Positions 45,393-55,495 of a DNA stretch of 64,000 nt are shown here, piece after piece. The DNA comes from an uncultured Planctomycetota bacterium (GTDB taxonomy: Bacteria; Planctomycetota; Planctomycetia; Isosphaerales; Isosphaeraceae): contig CAWJTV010000005.1 of NCBI GenBank assembly GCA_963845755.1, forward strand, positions 608,001 through 672,000, in the 5' to 3' direction. A program made the translations under genes and the position numbers. Within the stretch, counting starts at the first letter, position 1. Every line of letters begins with the position of its first letter. The notes beneath the pieces were generated by a model. The model did not search any database. It was not told the DNA's origin and worked only from the letters and a program-made list of their open reading frames with translations.

Positions 45393-46487
45393 ATGCCCGA
45401 CTCAGACTCGATCCGACTCACCCAGTTTGCCAAGCGGGCAGGTTGCGCGGCCAAGCAGCCCCCGGACTACTTGCTTTCGCTACTGGCCGGCTTACCTCCG
45501 ATCACCGACCCGAACGTGCTGGTTGGCCACTCCACGGCCGACGATGCCGCGGTCTACCAGATCAGCGACGACCTGGCCCTGATCCTGACCACGGACTTCT
45601 TCACGCCGATCGTCGATCGGCCCTATGACTTCGGTGCCGTGGCGGCGGCCAACGCGCTGAGCGATGTCTACGCGATGGCCGGAACTCCACTCTCTGCGCT
45701 CAGCATCGTCGGCTTCCCGAGCAGGGCGCTTCCACCCGACGTCCTCATCGAGATCCTCCGAGGCGCGATCGACAAGGCGCACGAGGCGGGCATCGCCATC
45801 GTGGGCGGTCATACGATCCAGGCGGATGAGCCGATCTTCGGACTCGCGGTGGTCGGCCGGGTGAATCCGCGCGAGGTGATCACCAACGCCGGCGCTCAGC
45901 CCGGCGATTTCCTCGTTTTGAGCAAACCGCTGGGGCTGGGGATCATCACGACGGCCGCGAAGCGAGACGAGGATTCGCGTGGCGCGGTAGGCGAGGCGCT
46001 CGCCGTGATGACCACACTGAACCGGGACGCCGCTCTCGTGATGGCCCGGGCCGGCGCGCACGCGCTCACCGATGTCACCGGATTCGGTCTCCTCGGACAT
46101 CTCCGCAACCTGGCCGCGGCCAGTAACGCCCGTGCCACGATCTGGAACGATCTTGTGCCTGTCCTGCCGGCGGCCTGCGAGTACGTTCAGAATGGGATCG
46201 CACCCGGAGGCACTCATGCCAACCGCCGGTTCCTCGCCCAGTGGGTCGAGTATGAACCCGCGATCGCGGAATGGGAGCAGCTCGTGCTCTGCGACGCCCA
46301 GACCTCGGGCGGCCTGCTGGCGGCGATACCCGGACGGCGCGCCTCCGAGGTTGTCCGTGAGCTGCGCGCACTGGGCCTGTCCTGGGCGGCGGTGGTCGGC
46401 TCCATCGATCCCGGATCACCTGGACACATCCGCGTCCATCGTGCTCCCGAATCCGAACACGGCGACGTCGCGCAACCCACGTCATAG
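45393..46487 (+). CDS. selD: Selenide, water dikinase (selenophosphate synthetase), Cys form
   Basis: RLTQF...GCAAK, DDAAVY, TTDFFTP, ANALSDVYAM, GGHT, TDVTGFGLLGH and DAQTSGGLL motifs. Confidence 0.95.
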   Translation: MPDSDSIRLTQFAKRAGCAAKQPPDYLLSLLAGLPPITDPNVLVGHSTADDAAVYQISDDLALILTTDFFTPIVDRPYDFGAVAAANALSDVYAMAGTPLSALSIVGFPSRALPPDVLIEILRGAIDKAHEAGIAIVGGHTIQADEPIFGLAVVGRVNPREVITNAGAQPGDFLVLSKPLGLGIITTAAKRDEDSRGAVGEALAVMTTLNRDAALVMARAGAHALTDVTGFGLLGHLRNLAAASNARATIWNDLVPVLPAACEYVQNGIAPGGTHANRRFLAQWVEYEPAIAEWEQLVLCDAQTSGGLLAAIPGRRASEVVRELRALGLSWAAVVGSIDPGSPGHIRVHRAPESEHGDVAQPTS

Positions 46488-46630
46488 TCGATCGTAACGG
46501 ACGGGCCAGGAATCTCTTCGATCGACGGGCGAGGATCGGGGAAATCGAAGTCTCGGGTGATCATGTCCAAGGACGGATTGGCATACTCCTTTCCGATCAT
46601 CCCGCGAGTAATCAACCCTGGCAGCCAGAG

Positions 46631-46662
46631 CATTGCGTTAGTTGGACGCGTCAAACGCAATG
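46631..46662. terminator. Hairpin between convergent selD and sulfatase genes
   Basis: CATTGCGTT...AACGCAATG perfect 9-bp inverted repeat. Confidence 0.35.
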
Positions 46663-46698
46663 ACCCTGGCATCGAGGGGTCCGTCCGAGGAACGAACG

Positions 46699-48175
46699 TC
46701 AGTGCTCGGATGACGCGGCCTTCTGGTCTGCGGGTGAAGCCTTTTCGGCGGGCCTGGCTGCGTCGCGGGCCCGGTCGGTTCCCCAGATCGGCTTTGCGAG
46801 CTGGGTATCCCAGGACTTCCAGTCACTCAACAATTCCTTGACCTTGTCGGGATGCTCGGCCGCAAGGTCCTGGCTCTCGCCGTCGTCCTTCGCCAGGTTG
46901 TAGAGGCGAGGAGGAGTTACTTTCACGTCCGAGGCCACCGAGCGAACGTCGGAGTGATCGGCCGCCTCATCGTACTGGACGAGCTTCCAATCACCCCGGC
47001 GAATCGCCCACTGTTCGCCGAGCCTCCAGTAGAGTCGCTCATGGGGAGCGCCCGCGGTCTCACCATACAGATGGGGCAAGAGATTGACTCCGTCGAGCCG
47101 CCATTCGGGTTGGGCGGTGATGCCCGCAGCCGCCAGTGCGGTCGGCAGGACATCGAGCTGGATTACTGGCTGATCGAATACGGCCCCGGCCGGCAACTTC
47201 CCCTTCCATTGCACGACGAACGGGACGTGAATCCCGCCTTCCAGCGTGGTCCGCTTCGAGCCGCGCAGCGGGTTGTTTCGCGACGCATTGATGGTCGTGC
47301 CCAGCATCGTCGGTCCGCCGTTGTCGCTGAAGAAGACGATGAGCGTGTTCTCCTCCAGTTGTGCCGTTCGGAGGGTATCGAGGACCTTGCCCACACCCTC
47401 GTCCATCGCCGCGAGCATCGCGGCGTAGGTACGCCGCTTCTTATCGGCGATCGTGGCGAATCGTTTGAGCCGTTCATCGGTCGCGTGCATGGGCGTGTGG
47501 ACTGCATTGAAAGCCAGGTAGAGGAAGAAAGGCTGCCCCTTGTGGCGTTTGACGAATGCGACCGCTTCCCGTGCGAAGGCATCCGTCAGGTACTCCTTCT
47601 CTTCAACAACTCGGGTTCCGCGGTAGATCGGCGACACCCTGACCGGGGAAGTAGGGATGTCCACCGGCCAGGAACCCGAAGAACTCGTCAAACCCGCGCT
47701 TCTGAGGCTGGAACCGGGCAGCCTCTCCCAGATGCCATTTGCCGACCAGCCCGGTGACGTAACCCTCGGCCTTGAGCCGATCGGCCAGGGTTGTCTCGGT
47801 CAGAGGAAGTCCGAAGTTGTCCGCTTTCGCCCCCGCGGGGCCCGGGTTGAACTCGTGTCCAAACCGCTGTTGATACCGGCCCGTCAGCAGCCCGGCTCGC
47901 GTCGGGCTGCAATAAGGGCAGGAGACATAACCATTCGAGCAGCGAATTCCCTGTTTCGCCAACGAATCGATATGAGGCGTGGGGATGTCGCGACATCCCT
48001 GGAACCCGAGATCCGCATGACCGAGATCGTCGGCCAGGATGATGACAATGTTCGGCTTCGCGGGATCGGCCGCGATCCCCATGGTGGGGAGCGCAGCGAT
48101 TCCAAGGACCCAGCCGGCGATCATCTGCCAGGAACGCGTTCGCTTCGAGTTCGCTTTCATCAGGATTTGCTCCAT
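46699..48175 (-). CDS. Formylglycine-dependent sulfatase (S1), frameshift at ~47635
   Basis: PNIVIILADDLG, CSPTRAGLLTG, GKWHLG and SDNGG motifs; signal peptide. Confidence 0.93.
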
Positions 48176-48191
48176 AGGTTCTTGGGATGGC

Positions 48192-49316
48192 TCAATAGCC
48201 GTCCGAGGAGATGACCTCGCCGTTGGCGCGAGTGCCCAGGGCCCACCAGGTCGGCTGGTTGATCGAGTTCTTGACGAACCGGACGCTGCCGTCGGCCATC
48301 AGCACGTTCACACCGCCCGCGTGGTTACTATTAGCCGTGCAGAACTCCGAATCGCCGATGGCGGAACTGGAGCAGTACCCCCACGGGTAATTCTGCGCGT
48401 TGGGCGTCAAGACGGTGTTGAACATTGTCTGCGCCTCCGTGCCATGGAACCAGAAGTTGCCCCGGCCCGTGTTGAGCGTTCCTGAGCGAGTGTTCCACGC
48501 CGTGTTGCAGGCCTGAGCCCCTGCCAGGACCGCGGTCCAGTTTGCGGAGGCGTCGATGACCTGGGCGGCGGCCGGAAACGATGCGAGCTGGACGATCCCT
48601 GCCGCTCGGGTCCAGTAGGTCGTGCCGTCGCCAACCAGGGCTTCGGAGAATGCGATCGTATTGGAAGTCCCGTCGATGCAGCTCGGGATGCCGTAGGACT
48701 GCCAGAAAGTGAACAGCCCGGTGCTTCCGATGGTCGTCTGGGCCGGGGCCGTGATCGTGGTCGTGCCGATGCTGTTGACGTAACTGTTCAGGTTCGCGAT
48801 GCCAGCATTGGGATCGGAGGGACAGATGAACTCGTTGACTTTCGTCGTGTACACGGTGCTCTGGATGGGACCGCACGTCGCGTTCACGTTCATCCCCCAG
48901 TTGAAATTGATCGCGTTGTAAAGCGGGATTTCCCCGAGGTAGCCGAGGATCTGGGCATGGGCGCTGGCCCCATGCTCCGCCGCGTACACGCCCAGGTTCA
49001 TCATGTTCTTCGACGAACCCATCGGGAAGACGTTGTTGACGGTGTGATAGTTGTGGAGTGCCAACCCGATCTGTTTGAGGTTGTTGGTGCATTGGATCCG
49101 CCGCGCCGCCTCCCGTGCCGCCTGAACGGCAGGCAGAAGCAATGCGATGAGGACCGCGATAATGGCGATGACCACCAATAGCTCGATCAGCGTGAACCCG
49201 GCCCTCACGCGTCGGCCATGGGCGATCGTTGTCCTCCCTCCTTCTCGGTCTTCGGCGTGGGGGCGAGAGATCGTGCGAGCCAGGGACCCAGGGTCCTGAC
49301 GATGCGACGTCGACAT
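48192..49316 (-). CDS. DUF1559 prepilin-type N-methylation domain protein
   Basis: [44 protein letters not shown] and [14 protein letters not shown] motifs. Confidence 0.95.
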   Translation of the reverse strand: MSTSHRQDPGSLARTISRPHAEDREGGRTTIAHGRRVRAGFTLIELLVVIAIIAVLIALLLPAVQAAREAARRIQCTNNLKQIGLALHNYHTVNNVFPMGSSKNMMNLGVYAAEHGASAHAQILGYLGEIPLYNAINFNWGMNVNATCGPIQSTVYTTKVNEFICPSDPNAGIANLNSYVNSIGTTTITAPAQTTIGSTGLFTFWQSYGIPSCIDGTSNTIAFSEALVGDGTTYWTRAAGIVQLASFPAAAQVIDASANWTAVLAGAQACNTAWNTRSGTLNTGRGNFWFHGTEAQTMFNTVLTPNAQNYPWGYCSSSAIGDSEFCTANSNHAGGVNVLMADGSVRFVKNSINQPTWWALGTRANGEVISSDGY

Positions 49317-49531
49317 GCTAGACTTCCTCAGTCTGCGCGTGCCTCTGGTCGGTCCAGTCAGCGTTCCGCGGGGATGGGACTGGCACCTCTCGATGTCGAG
49401 TCGGCGATATGTAGAACCGGAGTGTTGGCAGTGTCGCGGCTGTGCCTGGGGATCGCAGAATGCTGCTGGAGCACTCGTCGATTTTGAAACACAGGTAGGC
49501 TCACTTACCGGTTCTCGGTTTCGTCCTGCTT

Positions 49532-49547
49532 TGCAGATACCATGCCG
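49532..49547 (-). promoter_or_regulatory. Candidate sigma54 promoter CGGCATGGTATCTGCA
   Basis: GG-N10-GC spacing with close match to TGGCACG-N4-TTGCA, about 215 nt upstream of the DUF1559 gene. Confidence 0.4.
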
Positions 49548-49778
49548 AACGCAAAAACATGCCGAGTCGTGACAGATTCACATTCCATCAGGGACGAAAC
49601 GAGCCTTCGGTCCCGAGAAACCGTGGTATTTGTCGGGATACCTGTGATATTTGCTCGACTACCAGGACATTTGACAGGAATTGCGATGGGTTTCATCGTA
49701 TCCCTTCCCTGGTGAGCACGATCACCGTTCCGACCCAATTGTTGATCGGCCTGACCGGCGGCTTGCCGGCCTGGGGCC

Positions 49779-51685
49779 TCAGATCGGCTCCACGCGCCGA
49801 CGGATGGTTGCCAGGACCTTGACCAGCTCTTCGAGGTTGACGGGCTTGACGAAGTGAAAGTCGAATCCGGCCTGGATCGCCCGGGATCGGACCTCATCAC
49901 CGCCGTATCCCGTCAGGGCGATCAGCTTCAAACGATCGAATGTGCAGCCTTCTCTCAACTTCCTGGCGACCTGGTAGCCGTCCATTCCTGGAAGGCCAAT
50001 GTCGAGTAAGACGACGTCTGGCGCCCATGTCGAGACGAGCTGGATCGCGCTGAGTCCATCGTTCGCCGTGGCGATTTCGTGACCCTGAAGTTCGAGGATG
50101 ACGCCCAACGTCAGCGCGCTATCCGAACTATCGTCCACGACGAGGATGCGGAGAGCGCCGAACGATTCGGCCCTGACGGCATTCCCCGATTCGCGGGGCA
50201 TTACGGTCGTACCCGAGAGGATGGGAAGGCGTACGGTGAACTCGCTTCCGCAGCCGGGTCCTTCGCTCTCGATCGAGATCGTGCCCCCATGCAGCTCGAC
50301 CAGGCTACGGACCAGCGTCAGACCGATCCCCAACCCGCCCTGCGCCGATCGAGCGACTGATCGGCTTGAACGAAGAGGTCAAAAATGTGCGCCTGCATCT
50401 CCCGCGAGATCCCGATCCCGGTGTCGCGCACCTTGAGCACGGCTCGATCAGCCTCACGGGCCAGGCTGACGCTGATCCGACCCTGAGCTTCCGTGTACTT
50501 CGCCGCGTTGTTGAGAAGGTTGGCAATGACCTGTTCGAGGCGAGTCGGATCACCCTCGACGGGGATCGGCTCGGAGGGGATCGATACGGTCAACAGATGC
50601 TGGTTGGCCTCGATCATCGGCCGGGACGTCTCCACGGCGTGTGCGACGATCGATTCGAACCCTACCACCTGCTTGCGAAGCTCGACCTTACCCCGGGTGA
50701 TCCGCGAGACGTCCAGCAGGTCCTCGAGGAGCCGGGCCATATGTTGGATCTGCCGGCGAGCGATCTTGAGCGCATCGGTGATCTCGGCGGGCTCCGCCTG
50801 CGGCAATGCGAGGATTTCGAGGGCATTCGAGAGCGGTGCCAGTGGACTGCGCAGCTCGTGCGCCAGCATCGCGAGGAACTCGTCCTTGCGCCGGTCGGCT
50901 TCCTGAAGTCGCTTCGCCTGGCGAATGAGCTGGACTTCCAGCCGTTTCTGATTCGTGATGTCCGATACCAGGCAGAGTGCACCTTTGATGACATGGTGAG
51001 AGTCGTGGATCGGGTTGACGCTAACACGCAGCCAGTTCTCGCCCAGCGAGACCTCGCGGGTTTCACGCGAGCCGGAGTCGAGCATCATGGCAAACAGCGT
51101 TCGCTGGGCGTCGCTCGGCGCGCCGAGCAGGGCCGGCAGGTCCTTGCCCAGCAGATCGGTCCACGGCTGTCCAACCATCCGCTCGAGGATCCGATTGACC
51201 TGTACGATCTTACCCTGGCTATCGAGGAGCATGACACCGTCGCTGATCGCGTCGAAGGTCGTTTGCCATTGCCGGGACGTGAGGTGTGCGGCATCCTCGG
51301 CGCGCCGGGCACGGAGCAGTGCGCGAACCGTGGCGACCAGCTCCAGGGGCTCGGCTACGCTGGTCAGGTATCCATCGGCGCCGCTCTCCAGACCCTGGAT
51401 CTTGTCCTCGATGTCGACGAACGTGCTCGAGACGTGCAGGACCGGGATCGCACGGGTGGCGGGGTCGGACTTAATCCGACGACAGACCTCGAAGCCGTCC
51501 AGGTCGGGAAGCCGGACATCGAGTATCACCAGATCCGGCCTCAGCGCCGCGAGTTGCAGGGCCTCGCTTCCGGTGGCCGCCTCCTTCACAGAGAAGCCCG
51601 CTCGGAGAAGGATCTTCGCCACGGAGTAGCGCTTGGCTTCATCATCGTCGACGAGCAGGATTAAGACCTCAGGTCGATCGATCAT
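49779..51685 (-). CDS. Hybrid histidine kinase REC-PAS-HisKA-HATPase-REC, frameshift at ~50345
   Basis: LLVDDD...[47 protein letters not shown] and C-terminal LLDIGLP. Confidence 0.92.
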
Positions 51686-51686
51686 C

Positions 51687-53507
51687 TCAGGGGACTCCGG
51701 CGGCCGGCAAGGATGGATCCAGACCCGCCTTGCACAGCGAGTCCCTCAATTGGGCCACGGCTTCCTCACGCGTCCCCATGGCCTTGTCGAGGACGGAGAC
51801 CGCCTGCTCGTGCAGGCGCCGGCTCGCCGTTGGGTCGAGTTTCATCGAGGAGTTAACGATGACGGGTATGTCTCGGGTCGCATCGTCCGCCTTGAGCCGA
51901 TCCAGGATCTGAAAACCGCTTGCGTCGGGTAGTCGCAGGTCGAGGACGATCAGATGAGGTCGATCATCGTGGGCCCGCCGCAGCGCTTCGTCCCCGTTGA
52001 CAGCCTCGAGGATCTCGAAGCGGCCACATGCCGCGAGCAACCCCTTCATAAGATAGCGATCCTCCTCATGATCGTCCACGATCAACGCGCGATGGGGAGA
52101 GGTCTGACGAGACGACGGGCCTTGGCCCGACGCGACGGGCGATTGAGGGTCGAATTCCCCGGCTGGGCGATAAACCCGCGGTATGGTGAGCGAGAACGTC
52201 GAGCCGATCCCGACCTGGCTCCGGGCCGAGACGCTGCCACCCAGCAACTCGCCCAACTTCCGGGCCAGTGAGAGCCCAAGGCCGGTCCCCTTGAGTCGCT
52301 CCTGGAGCGGATTTTCGATCTGGTTGAACTCCTCGAAAACCCGAGGCAGGTCCTCGGCCGCGATCCCGATCCCGGTGTCCTCGACCGAGAAGACCACGGT
52401 GTCTCCCGGCCCCGGGCTCGCGGCGATTCGTATCTCGCCTCGAGGCGTGAATTTCACGGCGTTCGACAAGAAATTCCGCAGGACCTGGGTCAGCTTCGCC
52501 TCGTCCGTCTGCAAGGTCGGAAGTCGGGCGGGATCCTCGAAGGTCAGACGGATCGCCGATGGGTCGATGATCGGTAGGATCGTTCCTTGAAGGTTGTCGA
52601 AGACCTCCGCCACTTGAAAGGTCGTCAGCCGGATTGTCGCCTTGCCGGCCTCGACCTTCGCCAGGTCCAGCAGGTCGTCGACCAGCGCGGATAGGCCCAC
52701 GGCTGCCTTGCGGATTAATCGCACCTGCTTCTCTTGCTCGGCCGACAGATCGCCGTCCATGCGCGCGAGCAGGAATCCGCTCAGACTCCGGATCGAGTTG
52801 AGCGGCGATCGGAACTCGTGACTCATCTCGGAGAGGAACCGCGACTTGAGGTCCGACAGCCGTTTCAGGGTCTTGGTCGTCTCGTCCAGCTCGGCATAGA
52901 GTGCGACGACCCCGCGATTGGTCTCGTCGAGCTCGCGGCTGTGCATCTGGGTCACCTCGGCCTGCCGCTCGCGCAATTCCTGGAGCGCATTGAGCAACTC
53001 TTGATTCTGCTGCTGGAGTTCTTGCAGGAATCCCTGGGGAGTATTCTTAGCCAACTCGGAGGAAATCCTGGCGAATTCCCGAGGTCCTGGGGATCCGAAT
53101 CGCCGGGGTAGATCCTTGGTCATGGACACCGTCGCGCCCACACCTTTCTCCGACTCGATCGTGAACGCGTCCATCAACCGCTTGGCGCCGGTGATCCCCG
53201 GATCCACCCCCATCGGGAAAAATGCTCGCCCGTCGAGGATCGCATGGAAGTCGCTGACGCCGCTCCCGCGCTCGCGAATGCGGATCTGGAGCGACGGGTT
53301 GGATCCGGTCTCGACCAGGAATTCCACGCGCCCGCCGCCGGCGTACAGCATGGCGTTGCGTGCGATCTCCGAGGTGGCCGTTGCGATTCGAGTCTGGTCG
53401 AGGTGGGCGAATCCCAAGAGGTGCGCGATCTGTCGGGCACGCTGCCGGGCGAGGACAACGTCGAGTTCTCGCTGAACCTCGATTTTCAGCAGCGTCATGT
53501 GACTCAC
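51687..53507 (-). CDS. Hybrid histidine kinase with N-terminal RsbT-like domain (RsbT-like/coiled coil/HisKA/HATPase/REC)
   Basis: IATATSEIARNA N-terminus, ELDETNRGVVALYAEL coil, MSHEFRSPL, NAVKFT, GTGLGL and LDLRLP; GTGA overlap with the upstream gene. Confidence 0.9.
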   Translation of the reverse strand: MSHMTLLKIEVQRELDVVLARQRARQIAHLLGFAHLDQTRIATATSEIARNAMLYAGGGRVEFLVETGSNPSLQIRIRERGSGVSDFHAILDGRAFFPMGVDPGITGAKRLMDAFTIESEKGVGATVSMTKDLPRRFGSPGPREFARISSELAKNTPQGFLQELQQQNQELLNALQELRERQAEVTQMHSRELDETNRGVVALYAELDETTKTLKRLSDLKSRFLSEMSHEFRSPLNSIRSLSGFLLARMDGDLSAEQEKQVRLIRKAAVGLSALVDDLLDLAKVEAGKATIRLTTFQVAEVFDNLQGTILPIIDPSAIRLTFEDPARLPTLQTDEAKLTQVLRNFLSNAVKFTPRGEIRIAASPGPGDTVVFSVEDTGIGIAAEDLPRVFEEFNQIENPLQERLKGTGLGLSLARKLGELLGGSVSARSQVGIGSTFSLTIPRVYRPAGEFDPQSPVASGQGPSSRQTSPHRALIVDDHEEDRYLMKGLLAACGRFEILEAVNGDEALRRAHDDRPHLIVLDLRLPDASGFQILDRLKADDATRDIPVIVNSSMKLDPTASRRLHEQAVSVLDKAMGTREEAVAQLRDSLCKAGLDPSLPAAGVP

Positions 53508-54541
53508 GGGGGAGCCTCTCCTTCCCTGGCGACGACGACGGTGATATCGTCACGGCCGCGTCTGTGATCCCGGTAGAGGATGCCTGCGATGAGGCCCGGG
53601 TGCCTCAGGGATAGCCCTGGGTAACGCGCCAGGTCCCAACGGGTCGTCAACCCGTCCGAATGCAGGATCATGAGGGAATCCTGGGTCCAGGGGTAGTCGA
53701 AGGCCTGGATCTTGTGGATGACGTGCCCCACGGTGCCATTCTGCGAGATCATGGTAGTGGTCCGGCCCGTTCGGCCGTCGAGGATGACGGCCGAGATATT
53801 CCCCACCCCCGCGAAGCGGACCCGGCCGAGAGCGGGGTCGATCCGCACGATGGACATGGCCGCTCCGCGGGTGCCGGCCAAGTGCCGATGGGCCGCCTCG
53901 ATCAACTCGATGGGCTCCTCGGCCGGGTATTCGCGGATGGAACGGACCGCGGCCGCCGCGGCTTGCGCCGCGAAGGGTCCATGCCCCAACCCATCAACGA
54001 CCATGAGGAACGTCCGTCCTGCCTTGCGAATCAGGGTCCAGTCGTCGCCGCACTCGACTTCGCCAGGCGCCGGAAGACTCACGGCTCCCAGATCGAACCG
54101 ACAATCACTTCTGACCTTGGAGCGAGGATTCGCATCGAGGCGAGCCCAGATGGCGGTACCTTGACCGCGGTGAGAGTCGATCTCGTAGGCGTCGGCAAGC
54201 CGCGCAATCGCGCCGAGCCCGTTCCCCAGGGACCCTGCTGTCGAGTAGCCGTCGGCGAGGCAGCGGCCGATGTCGGTCATCCCTGGCCCGCGGTCCAGGG
54301 CCAGGACTTCTACCCAGGGGTCTCCCTCATCCCAGCCTCGCCCCTGCACGATCAGCTCGCCACCACCCGTGTGCTTGACCAGGTTGCTCGCCGCCTCCGA
54401 CACGACGAGTGCAACCGTGCCCTGCCGGGTCTCATCGAAGCCGAGCCGAGCGGCCAGATCCGACGCGCTCCGTCGTGCTTCGCCGACACTCGTGAGAGCA
54501 TCGATGGTCATGGCCAGGTAACGGCCCTGAATACCAATCAT
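53504..54541 (-). CDS. RsbX-like PP2C (SpoIIE) phosphatase with N-terminal GHKL domain
   Basis: SEAASNLVKH, DRGPG and GYSTAGSLGNGLG, followed by CGDD, DGLGHG, HSDGL and RDDITV. Confidence 0.88.
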   Translation of the reverse strand: MIGIQGRYLAMTIDALTSVGEARRSASDLAARLGFDETRQGTVALVVSEAASNLVKHTGGGELIVQGRGWDEGDPWVEVLALDRGPGMTDIGRCLADGYSTAGSLGNGLGAIARLADAYEIDSHRGQGTAIWARLDANPRSKVRSDCRFDLGAVSLPAPGEVECGDDWTLIRKAGRTFLMVVDGLGHGPFAAQAAAAAVRSIREYPAEEPIELIEAAHRHLAGTRGAAMSIVRIDPALGRVRFAGVGNISAVILDGRTGRTTTMISQNGTVGHVIHKIQAFDYPWTQDSLMILHSDGLTTRWDLARYPGLSLRHPGLIAGILYRDHRRGRDDITVVVAREGEAPP

Positions 54542-54946
54542 TTATTTCCACCTTACGATCATGATGCGCGTGCCTTCACCGACCTGTGATCGGATATCGA
54601 ACTCATTCACTAACCGCTTGGCTCCTCCCAGTCCCAGGCCCATCCCGTGGCCGGTCGTATAACCGTCGTTCATCGCCAGGGCGATATCGGGGATCCCCGG
54701 ACCGTGGTCTTCGAAAGTGAGCCGGAGACCTCGTCGATTTCCCTCCTGAAGAGATTCAAAGAGAACCGTCCCTCCTCCTCCGTAGTTGAGCGAATTGCGC
54801 ACCAATTCGCTCGCCGCCGTGATCATCTTGGTCTGGTCGACCAGGCTGAATCCCAGCTCCGCGGTCCAGTTTCTCACCGCCTGGCGAATCAGCACGATGT
54901 CGGTGGAAGATCGAACCTCCATGGTGTCAGTCTTCGACACCGTCAT
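54542..54946 (-). CDS. rsbT: Stressosome kinase RsbT
   Basis: DIVLIRQ, TKMITAASELVRN, EDHGPGI and GYTTGHGMGLGLGGAKRLVNEF motifs. Confidence 0.93.
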   Translation of the reverse strand: MTVSKTDTMEVRSSTDIVLIRQAVRNWTAELGFSLVDQTKMITAASELVRNSLNYGGGGTVLFESLQEGNRRGLRLTFEDHGPGIPDIALAMNDGYTTGHGMGLGLGGAKRLVNEFDIRSQVGEGTRIMIVRWK

Positions 54947-55322
54947 CGTTGGCCTCCCCGGGGCGTAACCCCATCGCAGCGCGTAAGAGGCCCATTCCCT
55001 TCTCGGCATCCAGCGCGGTCCGCACGCCCGGCAAGGACAGTCCCAGTTCGACGAGCGTGATGGCTACAGCCGGCCGGATTCCCACCACGACCGTCTCGGC
55101 GTCGAGGACGCGCGACATGCTCGCAATGTTGCCGATCATTCGACCGATGAACGAGTCCACCATGTCGAGCGCCGAGATGTCGATCAGAACTCCGCGGGCT
55201 CCCGTCTCGACGATGCGATTCGTGAGGTCCTCCTGGAGTGCCATCACCAGGCGGTCATGCATGTCCACCTGGATGGTAACGAGGAGGATTTCTCCTAATC
55301 GGAGGATCGGTATGTTTTCCAT
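54927..55322 (-). CDS. rsbS: Stressosome STAS protein RsbS
   Basis: IPILRLG..LLVTIQ, LIDISALDMVDSF (phospho-Ser) and GIRPAVAITLVELG motifs. Confidence 0.93.
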   Translation of the reverse strand: MENIPILRLGEILLVTIQVDMHDRLVMALQEDLTNRIVETGARGVLIDISALDMVDSFIGRMIGNIASMSRVLDAETVVVGIRPAVAITLVELGLSLPGVRTALDAEKGMGLLRAAMGLRPGEANDDGVED

Positions 55323-55495
55323 GGTGGTCTTGCGATGTTCTCCTGGGAACGAGGCGAGAGAGAAGGCGAAGGACGATTCGATGCGGAAGTGGAGTTGGGC
55401 TCGGTCGAGGTACCTCGCCGCGTGAAGTAGGTCTCGAGCTGTGCGGCTCGCCCGCAACCCGATTTCCCGGGTTCGTCCGCGAGTCTCGGCGTCGG

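Noticed and set aside
45200..46700. tRNA-Sec or a Sec-encoding selD
   Set aside because: The active-site codon is TGC (Cys) and no tRNA-like structure was seen in the flanks.
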